From IMG/VR virus record IMGVR_UViG_3300050821_006531: a DNA stretch of 61,319 bases; one strand, written 5' to 3'. Below the pieces are notes generated by a model that worked only from the letters and a program-made list of their open reading frames with translations, was not told the origin of the DNA and made no database searches. The position numbers and the translations under genes are program-made. This DNA comes from a virus. Every line of letters begins with the position of its first letter. Within the stretch, counting starts at the first letter, position 1. Of this stretch, positions 52,406-60,823 are shown in pieces.

Positions 52406-53662
52406 CTAGGCTGCTGTTAGTATCTCAGGCTCAAACACCGCGTCGGGGAACTTGGTTCGTTGCTCCATGCGTTCGATGAGCTCGACCGGCAAAGCGCCTG
52501 CGCTTGGAGACTGGAACGACTGCTCGGGCGTGGCCGGGTAATTGGTCAGAAACGTGGCCAGCTCGCCATTTTGCGCGTGCAGGGCGCGGGCCGACTCCCA
52601 CCAGAACAATTGTTCGCGCGTCAGGTGGTACGTGCGACCGTCGAGGAACTCAGGACTCGTGCGCTCAATTAGAACGGCGTGACGGAGAGTGTGTTCTTCA
52701 GGGACCCAGTTCGGAGAAGGGTTCGCCCTGTACTTAAGCTTGTTGTAGTACCAAGGTATAAACGCGTAAATCCATGACTCGTAGCCCCGGCGCTTGTGCC
52801 GGGCGGCCTCGGTGACTTCGTGCCAGTAGTTGCCCTTGCCGTCGGCGGTGGACTCTTGGACGTGCAAGGTTGTGATGGCTTTGGGCATTGCGGGGACGAA
52901 TGAGTAGCGGATTCGACCGGGGTACTGCCAGAGCGCGACTTCGGTCAGGTGCGACACGTCAACCTGCGACCCGACGCCGATGCCAGCGGTTTGGTTCTCA
53001 GCCTGGTAGGAAATGCGGGAACTGATTGGCGGTGCAAACCCAATCTCGGAGTCCTTCACGTCAGGGTAGATTTTCGGACTCATCCAAAACGGAAGATTGT
53101 CCAGAATCAGGTGGTCGCGTTTGAAGAGTTCGCCGACACGGTCGGCATCGAGCGAGGCGGCGAAGGCGCGAGTGCCGGGCCAGAACAGCATGCGGTGTTG
53201 CGTGACACCGCGCACCAGCGCGGTCGCCATGACTTGGCGGCACTTGTGCACATACACGAGTATGCCTTCTGTGAACTTGTGCTTGGCCAGTTCTTCGTGA
53301 CACTGCTCCTCGCGGCGGCCGAACAGGTCCACGTAGCGGTGCTGCGACTCAGCCATGACCGGGGGACCAATGCCTGAGTTGTCGCACACGCCAGGGTCCA
53401 GCTCCACGTTGGCGTAGCGTTCGTACCAGTACTTGAAGTCGTTTTTGCACAAGAGGCGCTCCGAGTCCACGAAGGCTTGTTCGCGGGGGTCGAAAGGCCG
53501 GGAGGTGTTACCGTCTGGAATGAGGTGGCCCCGGCGGTCGTAGCGCAGGGCTTCGAGTTCGTGGGCTATTTCAATGGAGCGGGAGCGGTCCTCGCGCTTG
53601 TACTTGAGACCGGCCTTGCGGGCGGCGAAGAGGCGTTTGTCTACGATGATGTCGCTGTACAC
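52406..53662 (-). CDS. terL: Large terminase, ATPase domain as a separate ORF
   Basis: Deviant P-loop VYVHKCRQVMATAL (KxxxxGx[ST]-like, as in lambda gpA and P22-type TerL). Walker B-like QVDVSHLTEVALW. Confidence 0.7.
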   Translation of the reverse strand: MYSDIIVDKRLFAARKAGLKYKREDRSRSIEIAHELEALRYDRRGHLIPDGNTSRPFDPREQAFVDSERLLCKNDFKYWYERYANVELDPGVCDNSGIGPPVMAESQHRYVDLFGRREEQCHEELAKHKFTEGILVYVHKCRQVMATALVRGVTQHRMLFWPGTRAFAASLDADRVGELFKRDHLILDNLPFWMSPKIYPDVKDSEIGFAPPISSRISYQAENQTAGIGVGSQVDVSHLTEVALWQYPGRIRYSFVPAMPKAITTLHVQESTADGKGNYWHEVTEAARHKRRGYESWIYAFIPWYYNKLKYRANPSPNWVPEEHTLRHAVLIERTSPEFLDGRTYHLTREQLFWWESARALHAQNGELATFLTNYPATPEQSFQSPSAGALPVELIERMEQRTKFPDAVFEPEILTAA

Positions 53663-53946
53663 AGGGCAGTCTGGATTGCTTTCATGTCTCTAAAGACGGT
53701 TGCTTTGGACCACTGATTCTCGCGAGCGATCTGTCCCACTGACAAGCCACGGTTCATTCCAAGGTAGATCCGTCGAGCCCGGTCCAGCAAAGAGGTGTTC
53801 TTGCGCACTCCCCCCGTCGCGAGCAGCCACAGGCACATTCTGCACCTTCCCCGATTGCCTCCACACTCCCAGAAGCCGTGTTCGTGGCGGCAGTTTGACC
53901 AGTCCATCATTGCGACTTTCGGCAGATGCTCTTCCAGGTCGTCCAC
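53641..53946 (-). CDS. Small HTH protein (candidate small terminase or regulator)
   Basis: GLSVGQIARENQWSKATVFRDMKAI. Immediately upstream of TerL. Confidence 0.45.
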   Translation of the reverse strand: MDDLEEHLPKVAMMDWSNCRHEHGFWECGGNRGRCRMCLWLLATGGVRKNTSLLDRARRIYLGMNRGLSVGQIARENQWSKATVFRDMKAIQTALCTATSS

Positions 53947-53955
53947 ACCACAAGA

Positions 53956-54252
53956 CTACTTCTCGGTCCCGGACGTAATCAAGCAGACTTGGCGCTTGGG
54001 CTCAGGCGCACGGTGGCCCAGGCGTTTCCAGGAACGATGCTGACGCGGGAGGACCGGCTGCGGGATTTCAGTGCACATCAGCATCAGGACTTGTTTGCTT
54101 ACCGTGCTGACCGGGATTCGTGTTGGTCCTGGGCAGTCCACTGGCACGGGGCCGGTTTCGGTGAACTTCACACACGTGTTAAGCAATGAAGGACCGGTCG
54201 CCGGCGCGGCGGGCTGAAGCAACAAGAACATTCCTACTATGGTGTTTAACAC
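53956..54252 (-). CDS. Hypothetical protein
   Basis: A 98-aa ORF with weak coding character. Confidence 0.3.
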   Translation of the reverse strand: MLNTIVGMFLLLQPAAPATGPSLLNTCVKFTETGPVPVDCPGPTRIPVSTVSKQVLMLMCTEIPQPVLPRQHRSWKRLGHRAPEPKRQVCLITSGTEK

Positions 54253-54257
54253 TACAG

Positions 54258-54491
54258 TTACTCTTCCTCTTGTTCGTCAGGATCGCCGGGGCTCCACAAG
54301 CGCTTCCAGAGCGGGCGGTCCTCGGTCACTCCCTGGTAGCTGACTTCGGTGTTGCGAACGTTTGGCGACTCGGTCACAAGGTAGACCGGTGGAGTGCGGG
54401 ACGCAAGGTCGGCTTCGTAGAGTTGGCGCAGTTTGGTGAGTTCTTGAGCGATTGTACGGAAGGGTCGGAGAACTTGGAGCCATTTACGCAC
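54258..54491 (-). CDS. Hypothetical acidic-tailed protein
   Basis: The start is trimmed to the GTG at 54491 (VRKWLQVLRPF...). Confidence 0.4.
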   Translation of the reverse strand: MRKWLQVLRPFRTIAQELTKLRQLYEADLASRTPPVYLVTESPNVRNTEVSYQGVTEDRPLWKRLWSPGDPDEQEEE

Positions 54492-55272
54492 CTTCAGGCT
54501 CCGCTGGCTCGTCCGGCGCTTCGATAGCTTGTGTTGTGTCCAAGTCAACCGCAAAGTTCACCTTGTGCAGCTTGTCGAACACGCTCGGAGCGTCCATGCC
54601 GCTAAAGTTCATGTTCACACTGACCCCGCCGCCGGACTTCTTGCCCACTACCTGTGCGGCTTCGAGCACCTTACTGACGGCTGCCGGGTCGGGCGCTTTC
54701 TGTGTTCGACCAGCACCCTCACAAATCGGGCAGCGACGCACGTGCCGGACTTCGCCCTTTTTGTTCTTGGACTCACGAATGCCCAGGTCTTTGCGGTTAG
54801 CAGCCATTGTCACAAGATCGTCGGGGACAGGGATTTCGCCCAGGCCGTCACAGCGTTCGCAGTTGGTCCACTGGCCGACCGCTTGCTGGCCCTGCCGGCG
54901 CATGACTTCGAAACCATCCTCTTGAGCTTGCACCAGCGTGCGCGCGGTCTGGGCTTCACTCCAGAACTGCTTGAACTGTTTGAGCGTGATGTTGTTGATC
55001 TTTGCGATTGCGGCCAGGCACATCTTGTCAGACGAGGGTTTGCCCAGGTCTTCGAGCACCCGGTTGAACCTGTGGTCGCCCGAGAGCGCGAGCGCGTGTC
55101 TGGCTGCTTCGCCGCGCGGTGTGGACTGGCGAAGTTCGAGCGAGTCCAGGTAAGCGTTGTACTCAAAGTCGAGCTTTGCGTAGGTTGACGTGGGGACAAG
55201 GCCACGTTCGGTGGTGGTGTGGGGCTTGCCGGATTGGCGCTCGATCATGAGCTTGGGACGTTTGACGGACAT
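54484..55272 (-). CDS. Protein with a DnaJ-type CxxCxGxG zinc-finger pair; first gene of the late operon
   Basis: The start is trimmed to MSVKRPKL. Contains CERCDGLG and CPICEGAG. Confidence 0.6.
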   Translation of the reverse strand: MSVKRPKLMIERQSGKPHTTTERGLVPTSTYAKLDFEYNAYLDSLELRQSTPRGEAARHALALSGDHRFNRVLEDLGKPSSDKMCLAAIAKINNITLKQFKQFWSEAQTARTLVQAQEDGFEVMRRQGQQAVGQWTNCERCDGLGEIPVPDDLVTMAANRKDLGIRESKNKKGEVRHVRRCPICEGAGRTQKAPDPAAVSKVLEAAQVVGKKSGGGVSVNMNFSGMDAPSVFDKLHKVNFAVDLDTTQAIEAPDEPAEPEGA

Positions 55273-55286
55273 TGCAGTACACAGGA

Positions 55287-55300
55287 AGTTTAACCTATAA
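55287..55300 (-). promoter_or_regulatory. TAGGTTAAACT box ahead of the late operon
   Basis: The minus strand reads ttataggttaaact, with TTGTGC 17 nt upstream. It lies 14 nt before the ATG at 55272. Confidence 0.45.
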
Positions 55301-55405
55301 TTGCGGGTATGCACAAGGGTTACTTGAGGCTGTTGGTGCAGGTGGTTGTGGCCGCGCTGGCACTCGCGGCGGTTTGCTATGTGTCTTGTAAGGTACGATA
55401 GCAGC

Positions 55406-56329
55406 ATGAACTTTCGAAGACTTGTGTTGTTGTTCGCGGCACTGCTGTGGCTGGCTCCGGCTGTGCCAGCTCAGGAAATTCGCGGGGTGGAGTTGTGGTT
55501 GCCGGGGTTGCCGCCTGGTGGGGCCGGGGGAGCTTGCCTCGTGCCAACCATTGCGTATTTCAACCTCGCGACCGGTGTGCCGTACGTTTGTCCGTCGGGT
55601 ACGCTGGTGTGGACAGCGCTCGCAACGAGTGGCTCCGCAATTACTGGGGGGACTTGCACCAACCAAGCCGTAACAGCAATATCGACAGCGGGCGTGCCTA
55701 CCTGCACCACGCTCACAAGCTCCTACGTAGACACTTCGATTGCAAAGACCGGGACGGACATCAACACCAGCAACCAGGTTACAGCAACGCACTTGGCTTC
55801 CGCGCTGCCGGTCAACCAGGGAGGCACGGCGGCCACGACGGCAATCGGCGCGGTGACCAACCTCGCGTCGGGGTACATACTGTGCAGACAGACGACCGCT
55901 GTCTCGACCGGAGCTGACACTACCGTGGACTTGCTCTTTGGGTGTACCGTTCCAATCGACACACTCACGGCCAACTCCACTCTTAAAGCCGAGGGGCATT
56001 TCCTGGTATCGGCTGGGGTTACCTGCACCGCTTTTATTCACTGGTCCAACAGCGCCTCGACAAACACTGGAACCGGAATGGTGATTACGACTGCTCTAAC
56101 TCCGACCCGAGCTGTCGAGGCATTTGCGACACTGTCCAACCGGAACTCGGTAAGTTCTCAAAGCTACGGTGCGTTTTGGAACGGAACGGCGAGCACGATG
56201 AACCAAAACCAGGGTACGACTTCCCTCAATACTCACACAACCACATTGTTTGTTAACTTCGAAATGCAAAACGGAGCGAACACAGACACATGCACACTCA
56301 ACGACGCAATTGTTACGATTTGGCCCTGA
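55406..56329 (+). CDS. Secreted fibre-like protein
   Basis: Signal peptide MNFRRLVLLFAALLWLAPAVPAQE. LPVNQGGTAATTAIGAVTNL resembles the GGTG-type motif of tail fibres. Confidence 0.55.
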   Translation: MNFRRLVLLFAALLWLAPAVPAQEIRGVELWLPGLPPGGAGGACLVPTIAYFNLATGVPYVCPSGTLVWTALATSGSAITGGTCTNQAVTAISTAGVPTCTTLTSSYVDTSIAKTGTDINTSNQVTATHLASALPVNQGGTAATTAIGAVTNLASGYILCRQTTAVSTGADTTVDLLFGCTVPIDTLTANSTLKAEGHFLVSAGVTCTAFIHWSNSASTNTGTGMVITTALTPTRAVEAFATLSNRNSVSSQSYGAFWNGTASTMNQNQGTTSLNTHTTTLFVNFEMQNGANTDTCTLNDAIVTIWP

Positions 56330-56334
56330 CCTGG

Positions 56335-56691
56335 CTACTGTTGTTTTGGCGGGTCTGGGTGTAGACCGTTGGGGTGCAGGCGCGGGTCGCCGTTAGGAGC
56401 GGTTGGAGTCGGCTTTGCAGGGTCGGTCGCGGGAGCGTACGCGGGAGTGCTTGCTGGGGCCGGTGGCGGAGCCACACAGGACATTTTGCCTTCCTGGTCC
56501 CGGCCCAGGCGCTTCCCGACTGCCTGACACTCAAGCTGCCAGCGATACAAGTACTCGTCAGTCTTGGCCTTGAGCTTCTGGTACTCACGGTTTTGCCGGG
56601 CCACGCGACGGTACTCGGCGAGATTAGGGTCCACCGCGAGCGCGGGCAGCGCCAGCACTAATAAGGTTAAGAGTGGTTTTCTCACTAGCAC
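56335..56691 (-). CDS. Secreted Pro-rich small protein
   Basis: Signal peptide MLVRKPLLTLLVLALPALA. Confidence 0.5.
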   Translation of the reverse strand: MLVRKPLLTLLVLALPALAVDPNLAEYRRVARQNREYQKLKAKTDEYLYRWQLECQAVGKRLGRDQEGKMSCVAPPPAPASTPAYAPATDPAKPTPTAPNGDPRLHPNGLHPDPPKQQ

Positions 56692-58718
56692 CCTCCGCTG
56701 ACCAGTTTACCGACTGCGCTGACGCAGGCTTTGTGCACGCTCCCAGTAGCGAGACCAGTCACAATTATGTCCCCACCGACATTCAGAAACACCCCGCTCA
56801 CGTCCCCAACGGGAGCTACGTTAATCAACATATGGCCGTTGTCCATGAACTCAAAGACACCACCGGAGCCGCCGACATTAGTGAGAATTCTGACAGGGAG
56901 GCCCAAGCCTTCATAGTAGGCGTAGTTGGAGTCGGCGGTAACTTTGGCTCCCGTGGAGCCATTGCCGGGCTGAAGCAGAAAGTTCGGCGCGGTCCCCAGC
57001 ATGTGAAAGTTACCATTGTTATCCCCGTCAAAAACGTCAACAAACGTCGTCCCGTCGTTACGCATGATCTGGAAAGCTTTACCGGACTGAGAACCGCCGA
57101 TTTGTACGGTCAGGGTGCTGGTGCCGGTTGTGTCGTAGATTCGGGCGTTGCCGCCGACTTCGAGCACATTGCCGGTAGAGGCAGTGTTCGGGGCCAGAAT
57201 CAGCGAGGGCATAAAGCTCGCGTTGCCGGGAGACAAGTAGATCACATTGGTGGTAGTGCCGGAGAAGACTGGGCTGACCACGGAAGAGTTATTGATGACC
57301 GTGGTATCGAGCACGGTAGAGCCGGACTCAAACACGTACGAAATCGTGGCGTCGTTCAGGTAGGACCCGGTGACGTTGCCGAAGAAGTGCATTACAGGTT
57401 CGGTCGAGGACCGGTTGTTCACGATGCGTGCACTAATAAGGTTGCCACTGGTGGTCGTATCCATAAACGACACGCCTGGGTTGTCCACCGTGCAGTTTTC
57501 GATCACCAAGCCGCGCAGGTTGGCGGTAGTGTTGTCACCGTCCATGAAAAAGCCGTAGTTTGCGCCTTCCATGCGGATAGACCGGAAGCCGAACGGGCCG
57601 AGGCCGTTTGAAGCGGTGTGGTTGGTGACTGAGATCCCGGTGCCTTCGCCGGACGTTAGTCCGAGGTAGGAGTCGGTGATCCAAATGTCACCCGAGCCAC
57701 CCTTGGCGTCAATGTAGAAGCCGGCGGAGTTGGCCGCTCCGTTGAGGCTCAGCAAGTGGAGCGCGCGCCACCACTGGGATAGGTTGGATGCACTGGTGTA
57801 GGTACCGACGCTCAAGTCGTCGGCTTGGCTGGTGTAGACGGCAAAGCGGGCACCGCCGCCGTTGAGGTTCACGTACACGTCTTCCCAGGAGCACTCTTCG
57901 GAGGCAATGGAGTAAACAGCGGCGGCGGTCGCGTAGCCAGTGATTGACACTCGTTTAAACAAATGGTTGCCGTAGGCAGCGCTCGAAATGCGACCCAGGG
58001 TCACGATTGTCTTGGGCGGGGTCGCGGACACTTGTTCGGTAGAGATGTGGAGGTCCTTGACTGTGACGTACTTAGCTCCAAGCAGGCTGAAGACGGACTT
58101 GGTCGTGTTGGACGTGCCTACGTACTGGATCACGCTGTTCAAGGAGTCAGAGCCTTTGACGGTTATGCCGGTCAGACCGTTGAACGAGAGTTGGCCTTTG
58201 ACGTTACAGTAGCCGCCGGGGATTGCCAGGGTTTGGCCTACTTGCAGGTTGTTGATTGCGTTCTGGAACGTGGTCGTGTTGTCGGTACCCGCCGTGGTCG
58301 ATGGGTTGCCGTCGCAGACCACGCCGTAGTCAGTCACGGAGTAGCCGTCGAGCAGGGTAATGTCACCAAAAGTGAACGGTGTGGCTAGGCCACCACCGCT
58401 GATTTGTACGTCGTAGCGGCCATTGGCGGCGTAGAAGAACCAGTAGCCAAGGTTAGAGGCGTTGAAAGGGTTGGCGAGCGAGGTCGGGGAGGCGAGGTTG
58501 TCAGAGTAAAGAGTCGCTTTGGTCACGGTGCCAGCGAGGTACACGGTCACGGAGCACGTGGGGTAGGAGGCTTGGACTTTGGGGCTGGAGGCGTTAACGC
58601 CACCGGTTACCACCACTTTCGCGCCCACTTCGCACCAGGACGAGGCGCGGGCATTGGCCAGTGCGGGCGAACAAGCGGCGGCAAGGGCAGCGGCAAGGAC
58701 AAGCAGTCGAGAGGTCAT
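56685..58718 (-). CDS. Right-handed beta-helix (pectate-lyase-fold) tailspike/depolymerase-like protein with a signal peptide
   Basis: MTSRLLVLAAALAAACSPALA, then VTDYGVVCDGNPSTTAGTDNTTTFQNAINNLQVGQTLAIPGGYC (pectate_lyase_3-like). Confidence 0.7.
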   Translation of the reverse strand: MTSRLLVLAAALAAACSPALANARASSWCEVGAKVVVTGGVNASSPKVQASYPTCSVTVYLAGTVTKATLYSDNLASPTSLANPFNASNLGYWFFYAANGRYDVQISGGGLATPFTFGDITLLDGYSVTDYGVVCDGNPSTTAGTDNTTTFQNAINNLQVGQTLAIPGGYCNVKGQLSFNGLTGITVKGSDSLNSVIQYVGTSNTTKSVFSLLGAKYVTVKDLHISTEQVSATPPKTIVTLGRISSAAYGNHLFKRVSITGYATAAAVYSIASEECSWEDVYVNLNGGGARFAVYTSQADDLSVGTYTSASNLSQWWRALHLLSLNGAANSAGFYIDAKGGSGDIWITDSYLGLTSGEGTGISVTNHTASNGLGPFGFRSIRMEGANYGFFMDGDNTTANLRGLVIENCTVDNPGVSFMDTTTSGNLISARIVNNRSSTEPVMHFFGNVTGSYLNDATISYVFESGSTVLDTTVINNSSVVSPVFSGTTTNVIYLSPGNASFMPSLILAPNTASTGNVLEVGGNARIYDTTGTSTLTVQIGGSQSGKAFQIMRNDGTTFVDVFDGDNNGNFHMLGTAPNFLLQPGNGSTGAKVTADSNYAYYEGLGLPVRILTNVGGSGGVFEFMDNGHMLINVAPVGDVSGVFLNVGGDIIVTGLATGSVHKACVSAVGKLVSGGC

Positions 58719-59036
58719 GCGAACAGTTTAGCGCATGGTCAACAGGCCGGGGTGGAGGTGGTGCGGGGCAAACCAGCCGGGGGTGGAGGCCGGGGTGCGG
58801 GGAAGGCCAAAACCAGGGTCAGTGTGGGGTGAAAACCAGGCGAAAAGTTGTTACAAAAGTCGTTACAAAACAGCCTCTAAACGCCTCAAAAAAGGACGGT
58901 TTTCGGGCACCGCGCGGACCGGTAGACTCCCTCCCGTGATTGGCCGCCTTCGGCGTCAAATCAATGGTCGGTCCTAACCGGTCCGCTCCCGCTCCAAACC
59001 TCAACCCCCGTATACCTGTAACAGTATGGGTCGCAT

Positions 59037-59067
59037 AGGACAAATGGCCCTCCGGGCCATTTGTCCT
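59037..59067. other. Perfect 14-bp hairpin
   Basis: aggacaaatggccc-tcc-gggccatttgtcct. Confidence 0.7.
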
Positions 59068-59205
59068 CGCTCTGGCCGTGGCCTCGTCCGGCCCGCGCCC
59101 TCGCCTAGCTGCGCTCGCTCGTCTAGAGCGTACCACACTGTGTCAAGTGTGGGGAGCCAACAACATACAGACAATTGTGTGTTCTGTTCTAAGTTGGATG
59201 ATTCG

Positions 59206-59228
59206 TTCTAGGTTTTAACCTTTAAACT
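59206..59228. promoter_or_regulatory. Back-to-back TAGGTT/AACCT box in the large intergenic region
   Basis: ttctaggttttaacctttaaact reads as the box on both strands. Confidence 0.35.
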
Positions 59229-59345
59229 ATTTTTGTTTTATTTTCATGTACATACGTCCGGCGCGCGCCCCCGTCGGCCTCCCCTAACCCCTTCAACAAT
59301 GGCTTTGGGGGCTTAAACGCTCCACTCGATCGCGCAGCGAGCGAA

Positions 59346-59370
59346 GGTGAGACGGCGTAGCCGTCTCACC
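59346..59370. other. Perfect 11-bp hairpin (module 1)
   Basis: ggtgagacggc-gta-gccgtctcacc, flanked by cgcgcagcgagcgaa and gtagcgagctag. Confidence 0.7.
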
Positions 59371-59482
59371 GTAGCGAGCTAGTAATAGTGTTACGTGTGA
59401 GTGTGACGCTAACGTGTGTTAGCAATCGAAGCATTGAGCATTTGGGGAGCAATCCTTCCAAGTTGGATGGTTGCGGTTGAGA

Positions 59483-59526
59483 CTCCGCGCAGCGGAGGAT
59501 CAAATACCCGTTAGGGTATTTGATCC
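59483..59526. other. Tandem hairpins (module 2)
   Basis: ctccgc-gca-gcggag, then ggatcaaataccc-gtta-gggtatttgatcc, followed by gtagcgtctag. Confidence 0.7.
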
Positions 59527-59797
59527 GTAGCGTCTAGTCACGTAGTTTGCGCAACGCGCGCGCGACCTGCATCGACGCTTTGAGCGACCGCAAGCCGGCT
59601 ATCGTCCGTTTCTTGTGTCTTGTTTCCCCGCACTCTTTACACGACACTGTCGTGTGTAAACGCCACTTTCCACACTTACACTTCCAAGAATCCGGTCTTT
59701 CGTGCCTTGGCATGTCTCTAGTTTAGTCAAGACTAGTGTAGTAGCTGTAATTTGGGCCGGAAAAGTGGCTTGGGTACTGGTAGGTTCAAAGTGCGGT

Positions 59798-59817
59798 CTA
59801 GGTCTTGAAGTTTAACT
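59798..59817 (+). promoter_or_regulatory. Degenerate TAGGT...GTTTAACT box ahead of the early genes
   Basis: tctaggtcttgaagtttaact, about 75 nt upstream of 59892. taggttcaaa is also present at 59781. Confidence 0.3.
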
Positions 59818-59891
59818 AGTGAAAGTTTATCATTCATACCAGGTAAGGGACACAGCCGGCCGGTAAGGCTGGTAAAGGAGTGAATCAACCA

Positions 59892-60185
59892 ATGACCGCA
59901 CAACAGTTAACCAAGCTTCACTATCAACCGCTCCACTCAAACGCGGGCCTGAACCGCGATTCCGCGCTTCGTTGCCTCAAGGCTGGTATGACTCCTCAAG
60001 AGATCGCGGATGAGTGGCCCAAGGTCTGGCGGTGTATCGATGGCAAACTCAGTCAAATCTACGATTCCGAGTTCTGCGACGATCGCGGCAACCGAACCGG
60101 ACGATTCGAGACGAAGTACACCGTTACGAAGGCTTCCGTCGATAAGGCCATCCGTCAGCACACCAAGAGGCCGGTTACCGCGTAG
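59892..60185 (+). CDS. Hypothetical early protein
   Basis: ATG at 59892 after AAGGAG. The track start (GTG at 59880) overlaps the RBS itself. Confidence 0.55.
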   Translation: MTAQQLTKLHYQPLHSNAGLNRDSALRCLKAGMTPQEIADEWPKVWRCIDGKLSQIYDSEFCDDRGNRTGRFETKYTVTKASVDKAIRQHTKRPVTA

Positions 60186-60233
60186 CACGCGCGTCCTATC
60201 TCACGCACTTGAAAACAAAGGAGAAAACACAAC

Positions 60234-60572
60234 ATGCCGATCTCTAAATCATCCGAGAAACGAATCAAGCGGTTTGTCGATTGGTTCATCCGCTCCGAAT
60301 GCGTCGAAGCGCTCACGTCCGACCGCGACTGCGACTTTATCAATAAATCCGACCGGGCCGAACGTTGCTATGACGCAGCCGAAGACGGAGCGGACGGGAA
60401 GACGCACGCCGAGGTAATCGGCGATTGGCGCGATGCGTTCGAAAACTGGATTCGCGACACTCGCAAGTGGAAAGAAGATCCCGACCGGTTCATTGCAGCG
60501 GTAAACGCACATTTCGACCGGGTTGAAGATTGGCATGACAAGCACGGAAGCCTGCATCAACAGATTGGCTAG
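60234..60572 (+). CDS. Hypothetical early protein
   Basis: 112 aa, with AAGGAGA upstream. Confidence 0.6.
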   Translation: MPISKSSEKRIKRFVDWFIRSECVEALTSDRDCDFINKSDRAERCYDAAEDGADGKTHAEVIGDWRDAFENWIRDTRKWKEDPDRFIAAVNAHFDRVEDWHDKHGSLHQQIG

Positions 60573-60631
60573 TCCACAGCGTAGGTATGCCGGTTACATG
60601 ATCGGCATGCCGGCGAAGGGGATTACAACCA

Positions 60632-60823
60632 ATGCGCGACACACTTAACGACACGGATCGGTCTCAGTGGATCGATAACGACGAAGGTCTGTATAACTGG
60701 TTTCGGTCCAGTCGTCAGACCAAGCAAGAGTTTATCAAGGCCAATCGCACCGAGTTAGACGCTTGCATCCGAAACGTAACAGACGGGCGAAAACCTGCCC
60801 ATTACCTTGCATACGGGAGTTAA
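60632..60823 (+). CDS. Hypothetical early protein
   Basis: 63 aa. WIDNDEGLYNWFRSSRQTKQEFIKANRTELDACI is a pattern seen in small phage/plasmid proteins. Confidence 0.55.
   Translation: MRDTLNDTDRSQWIDNDEGLYNWFRSSRQTKQEFIKANRTELDACIRNVTDGRKPAHYLAYGS

Noticed and set aside
52388-52408. The TerL ATPase ORF and the HNH ORF share a reading frame and are separated only by TAG plus 5 codons, which hints at readthrough or an intein.
   Set aside because: An RBS-like AAGGCGAG precedes the HNH ATG. There are no Hint-domain motifs. The downstream nuclease ORF is in a different frame with an ATGA overlap. The shared frame is most likely coincidental.
54277-54483. A 68-aa ORF starting with an ATG immediately after the upstream stop.
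   Set aside because: The product is Pro/Arg/Ser-rich junk-like sequence. The overlapping frame 54258..54491 has normal protein composition.
58819-59136. A 105-aa minus-strand ORF and neighbouring ORFs in the large intergenic region.
   Set aside because: They are extremely Arg/Gly/Ala-rich, overlap one another in several frames, and are threaded through perfect hairpins. They are treated as non-coding.
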